A DNA stretch of 18,694 bases from Candidatus Eiseniibacteriota bacterium (GTDB taxonomy: Bacteria > ARS69). Position 1 is the stretch's first letter; each line of letters starts with the position of its first letter. Where the stretch lies: the NCBI GenBank assembly GCA_052390515.1, contig JBQTGV010000174.1:1-18694 (forward strand), written 5' to 3'. The position numbers and the translations under genes are program-made. Below are positions 16,117 to 18,694 of the stretch, piece after piece. A model generated the notes under the pieces. The model saw only the letters and a list, made by a program, of their open reading frames with translations, was not told the DNA's origin and ran no database searches.

Positions 16117-16123
16117 ACGGGCT

Positions 16124-17293
16124 TCAGGCCACGGCGGCCCGCAGCGCCTCCACGCGGTCGCGCGCCTCCCAGCGGAAGCCCTCGCCCTCGCGTCCGAAGT
16201 GGCCGTACGCGGCAGTCCGGCTGTAGATGGGCTTCAGCAGGTCGAGATCGCGGATGATGCCGCGCGGAGTGAGGTCGAACGCGTCCCGCACCATCGTGGT
16301 GATCTCGCCGTCGGCGATCTTGCCCGTTCCGAACGTGTCGACGCGGACCGACACCGGCTGCGCGATTCCGATCGCGTAGGCGACCTGCACCTCGCAGCGC
16401 CGGGCTAGCCCCGCGGCCACGACGTTCTTGGCCACGTGCCGTGCCGCGTAGCACGCGGAGCGGTCCACCTTGCTGGGGTCCTTGCCGGAGAACGCTCCTC
16501 CCCCGTGCCGACCCATTCCGCCGTAGGTGTCCACGATGATCTTGCGTCCGGTGAGTCCGCAGTCTCCGTGCGGACCGCCGATGACGAACCGGCCCGTGGG
16601 GTTCACGTGATAGGTGACCGGACGCGCCCGGTCCATCAGCGCGGCGGGGATGACCGGCTTCACGACGTGCTCCAGCACGGCTTCGCGGATCTGGGAATGC
16701 GTCACGCTGTCGTGGTGCTGGGTGGAGACGACGACGGTGTCGACGCGCACGGGCCGGTCGCCCTCGTACTCCACGGTGACCTGCGACTTGCCGTCCGGGC
16801 GGAAGAACGGAACCTCCCCCGACTTGCGCACCTCGGCGAGCCGGCGGCAGAGGCGATGCGCGAGAGCGATGGGCAGCGGCATGAGCTCCGGGGTCTCGTC
16901 CGTGGCGTAGCCGAACATGAGCCCCTGGTCTCCGGCACCCTGCTCCTTGTGCAGGCCGATGCCCTCGTCCACTCCCATGGCGATGTCCGGGCTCTGCCGG
17001 TCGATCGAGGTCATCACCGCGCACGTTTCCCAGTCGATGCCGTAGGAGGAGTCATCGTAACCGATCCGCTTCAGCGTCTCCCGCACGATGTCGGGGATCT
17101 CGACGTAGGCCTTGGTCGAGATCTCGCCGGCGACGATCGCGATCCCGGTGGTGACCAGCGTCTCGCAGGCCACCCGGCTGGTCGGATCCTGGGCCAGGAG
17201 CGCATCCAGCACCCCGTCCGAGATCTGGTCGGCCACCTTGTCGGGATGCCCCTCGGTGACCGATTCCGACGTGAAGAGAAACCGCTCGCTCAT
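16124..17293 (-). CDS. metK: S-adenosylmethionine synthetase
   Basis: [69 protein letters not shown] upstream. Confidence 0.99.
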   Translation of the reverse strand: MSERFLFTSESVTEGHPDKVADQISDGVLDALLAQDPTSRVACETLVTTGIAIVAGEISTKAYVEIPDIVRETLKRIGYDDSSYGIDWETCAVMTSIDRQSPDIAMGVDEGIGLHKEQGAGDQGLMFGYATDETPELMPLPIALAHRLCRRLAEVRKSGEVPFFRPDGKSQVTVEYEGDRPVRVDTVVVSTQHHDSVTHSQIREAVLEHVVKPVIPAALMDRARPVTYHVNPTGRFVIGGPHGDCGLTGRKIIVDTYGGMGRHGGGAFSGKDPSKVDRSACYAARHVAKNVVAAGLARRCEVQVAYAIGIAQPVSVRVDTFGTGKIADGEITTMVRDAFDLTPRGIIRDLDLLKPIYSRTAAYGHFGREGEGFRWEARDRVEALRAAVA

Positions 17294-17349
17294 GGGCCTG
17301 GACTCCTGGGTGGGCTGCTCCTGAGATTCCCCGGGCTACTTATCCGGAA

Positions 17350-17360
17350 AGATTATCGCA
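17350..17360 (-). promoter_or_regulatory. Possible extended -10 promoter for metK
   Basis: Minus strand TG-C-GATAAT (17360..17352), overlapping TAATCT (17355..17350), in an AT-rich patch of the 94-nt intergenic gap; no convincing -35. Confidence 0.35.
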
Positions 17361-17387
17361 TCGACGCCGCGAGCGCCAGCGGAGCGC

Positions 17388-18440
17388 TCAGGCGCCCGCA
17401 TCGGGTGAGCCGAGCTCCTGCTTGAGGCGATCGATTGCGGACACGGGAGTCGGATCGACGTCGAGGGCGGCGGCGAGGTGCAGGCTCGCGAGATCCCCGA
17501 GCGCCGCCAGGGAGAAGAGCCGCGCCGCCAGACCCCGACCGGCGGGCTCGAAGGCCGCGCAGCGTGCGCCCGCCTTCTGCACCGCCGCGGTCACGACCTC
17601 CATACGCCTCCGGATCCTCGGCGGCGCGCTCTTCGCCCCGAGAAGCGCCACGACAGCCAGGCCGCGGACCGGCGAAGGCGTCTCCCAGCCCACGATCTCG
17701 TTGTGGTTCTGCTCCGGGAAGAGCGCCACGTGGGCGAGCGTCTTGGCGTTCTCGTTGAGCTGCGTGCCCCAGCGCACCGCGCAGGGCGCGTACGGCACGG
17801 CGGGCGCGTAGACGACGGGGAGCTTCCCGACGCACGCCTCCGCCCAGCCGCGGAGCGGGTCCGCCGCAGGCGCATCCGGACCGTGCCGGGAGATGATCTC
17901 CTCGCAGGCCGACTCGGCCTCCAGGATCGCGGGGCGGGAGCAAGCCAGGAGCCCCGCGCGCGAGAGCGCCTGCAGGAGCGGGACCGTGGTCCACCCGAGC
18001 GCGGCCCGCGGGGGCGAGCCCGGCGGTATCCGCAAGCAGGGCACCCCCTCGGCCGCCGCGCGCTCGGCGAGCGGCCCGCCGCCAGTCACCGCCGCGCGGG
18101 GAACGCCCCGCCGGCGCGCGTCGTCCCAGGCGGCGAGGGTCTCCTCCGTGCCGCCGGAGTAGCTGACGAACAGGGCGAAGGCCTGGTGGGCCGCGGGCCG
18201 CGGAAGCTCGTACCCGCGGATCACCGTGACCGCCACTTCGCCCTCGGCGTCGGCCATCGCCTTCAGGAAGTCGCCGCCGATCGCGCTTCCGCCCATGCCG
18301 CAGACGTAGAGCCGGGCGGGGCGCGCTCCGCCGAGCAGGTCGGGGCCGTCCGCGGCCGAATCCCACGCGTCGCGCAACTGCCGCGGCAGCGCGGCGACGC
18401 GGGCCGCCATTCCGGCGGGATCCCGGGCGGTCCGCGTCAC
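17388..18440 (-). CDS. Bifunctional phosphoglucose/phosphomannose isomerase (SIS domain, PGI/PMI family)
   Basis: CGMGGSAIGG, VSYSGGTEETL, TGGGPL, PPRAALG, RWGTQLNENAK, PEQNHNEIVGW, DPTPVSAIDRLK are PGI/PMI family motifs; GTGA overlap with the ptsH stop. Confidence 0.93.
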   Translation of the reverse strand: MTRTARDPAGMAARVAALPRQLRDAWDSAADGPDLLGGARPARLYVCGMGGSAIGGDFLKAMADAEGEVAVTVIRGYELPRPAAHQAFALFVSYSGGTEETLAAWDDARRRGVPRAAVTGGGPLAERAAAEGVPCLRIPPGSPPRAALGWTTVPLLQALSRAGLLACSRPAILEAESACEEIISRHGPDAPAADPLRGWAEACVGKLPVVYAPAVPYAPCAVRWGTQLNENAKTLAHVALFPEQNHNEIVGWETPSPVRGLAVVALLGAKSAPPRIRRRMEVVTAAVQKAGARCAAFEPAGRGLAARLFSLAALGDLASLHLAAALDVDPTPVSAIDRLKQELGSPDAGA

Positions 18441-18694
18441 TTGCGGTCCTTCTTGCCGTCGTTCTCCCCGAAGCCGGACCGCACCAGATCGAGCAGCGTG
18501 CGCATCGCGTCCTCGGCGTCCCTCCCCTCCACCTCGAGGGCTATCTCGGTCCCGCAGGGCGCGGCCAGCATCATGAGACCGAGAATGCTCTTGCCGTTCA
18601 CGCGGAGATCGCCGCGGGCCACCGTGACGGACGCCTCGAAGCGGCTCGCCGAATCGACGAAGACGTTCGCGGCCCGCATGTGCAGGCCGGCGAC
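18437..18694 (-). CDS. ptsH: HPr family phosphocarrier protein (5' end beyond the window)
   Basis: The frame stays open to the window edge: VAGLHMRAANVFV (His15 motif) and VNGKSILGLMMLAA (Ser46 motif), then EGRDAEDAM and GFGE. Confidence 0.94.
   Translation of the reverse strand, partial: VAGLHMRAANVFVDSASRFEASVTVARGDLRVNGKSILGLMMLAAPCGTEIALEVEGRDAEDAMRTLLDLVRSGFGENDGKKDRK

Noticed and set aside
17371-17389. Inverted repeat GAGCGC-N7-GCGCTC right after the pgi/pmi stop
   Set aside because: Short stem with no U-tract; plausible by chance at this GC content, so not called a terminator.
1-18694. CRISPR arrays, insertion sequences, prophage or a horizontally acquired island
   Set aside because: No regularly spaced repeats, transposase or integrase motifs seen, and composition looks uniform by eye across sprA and the housekeeping genes.

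Overview
High-GC (about 70% by eye, not computed) chromosomal segment of a diderm bacterium, most likely a non-Bacteroidota member of the FCB supergroup (inferred from a SprA homolog, a long LptF, and sigma70-type promoters with strong Shine-Dalgarno sites). On the minus strand, from the right end: ptsH (5'-truncated), bifunctional phosphoglucose/phosphomannose isomerase and metK. On the plus strand, lptF-lptG converge on metK and diverge from a ~2080-aa SprA/Sov-like type IX secretion translocon gene. sprA is tightly followed by an M28-fold lipoprotein with glutaminyl-cyclase-type motifs. A promoter plus terminator-like leader then precedes the operon rimP-nusA-ylxR(rnpM)-ylxQ(L7Ae)-infB-ylxP(DUF503)-rbfA-nrnA (3'-truncated). 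No RNA genes, mobile elements or CRISPR arrays were seen. The best candidate for a little-described system is the envelope locus lptG-lptF <> sprA-QC: a T9SS translocon co-transcribed with a putative pyroglutamate-forming enzyme and sharing back-to-back promoters with LPS export permeases.
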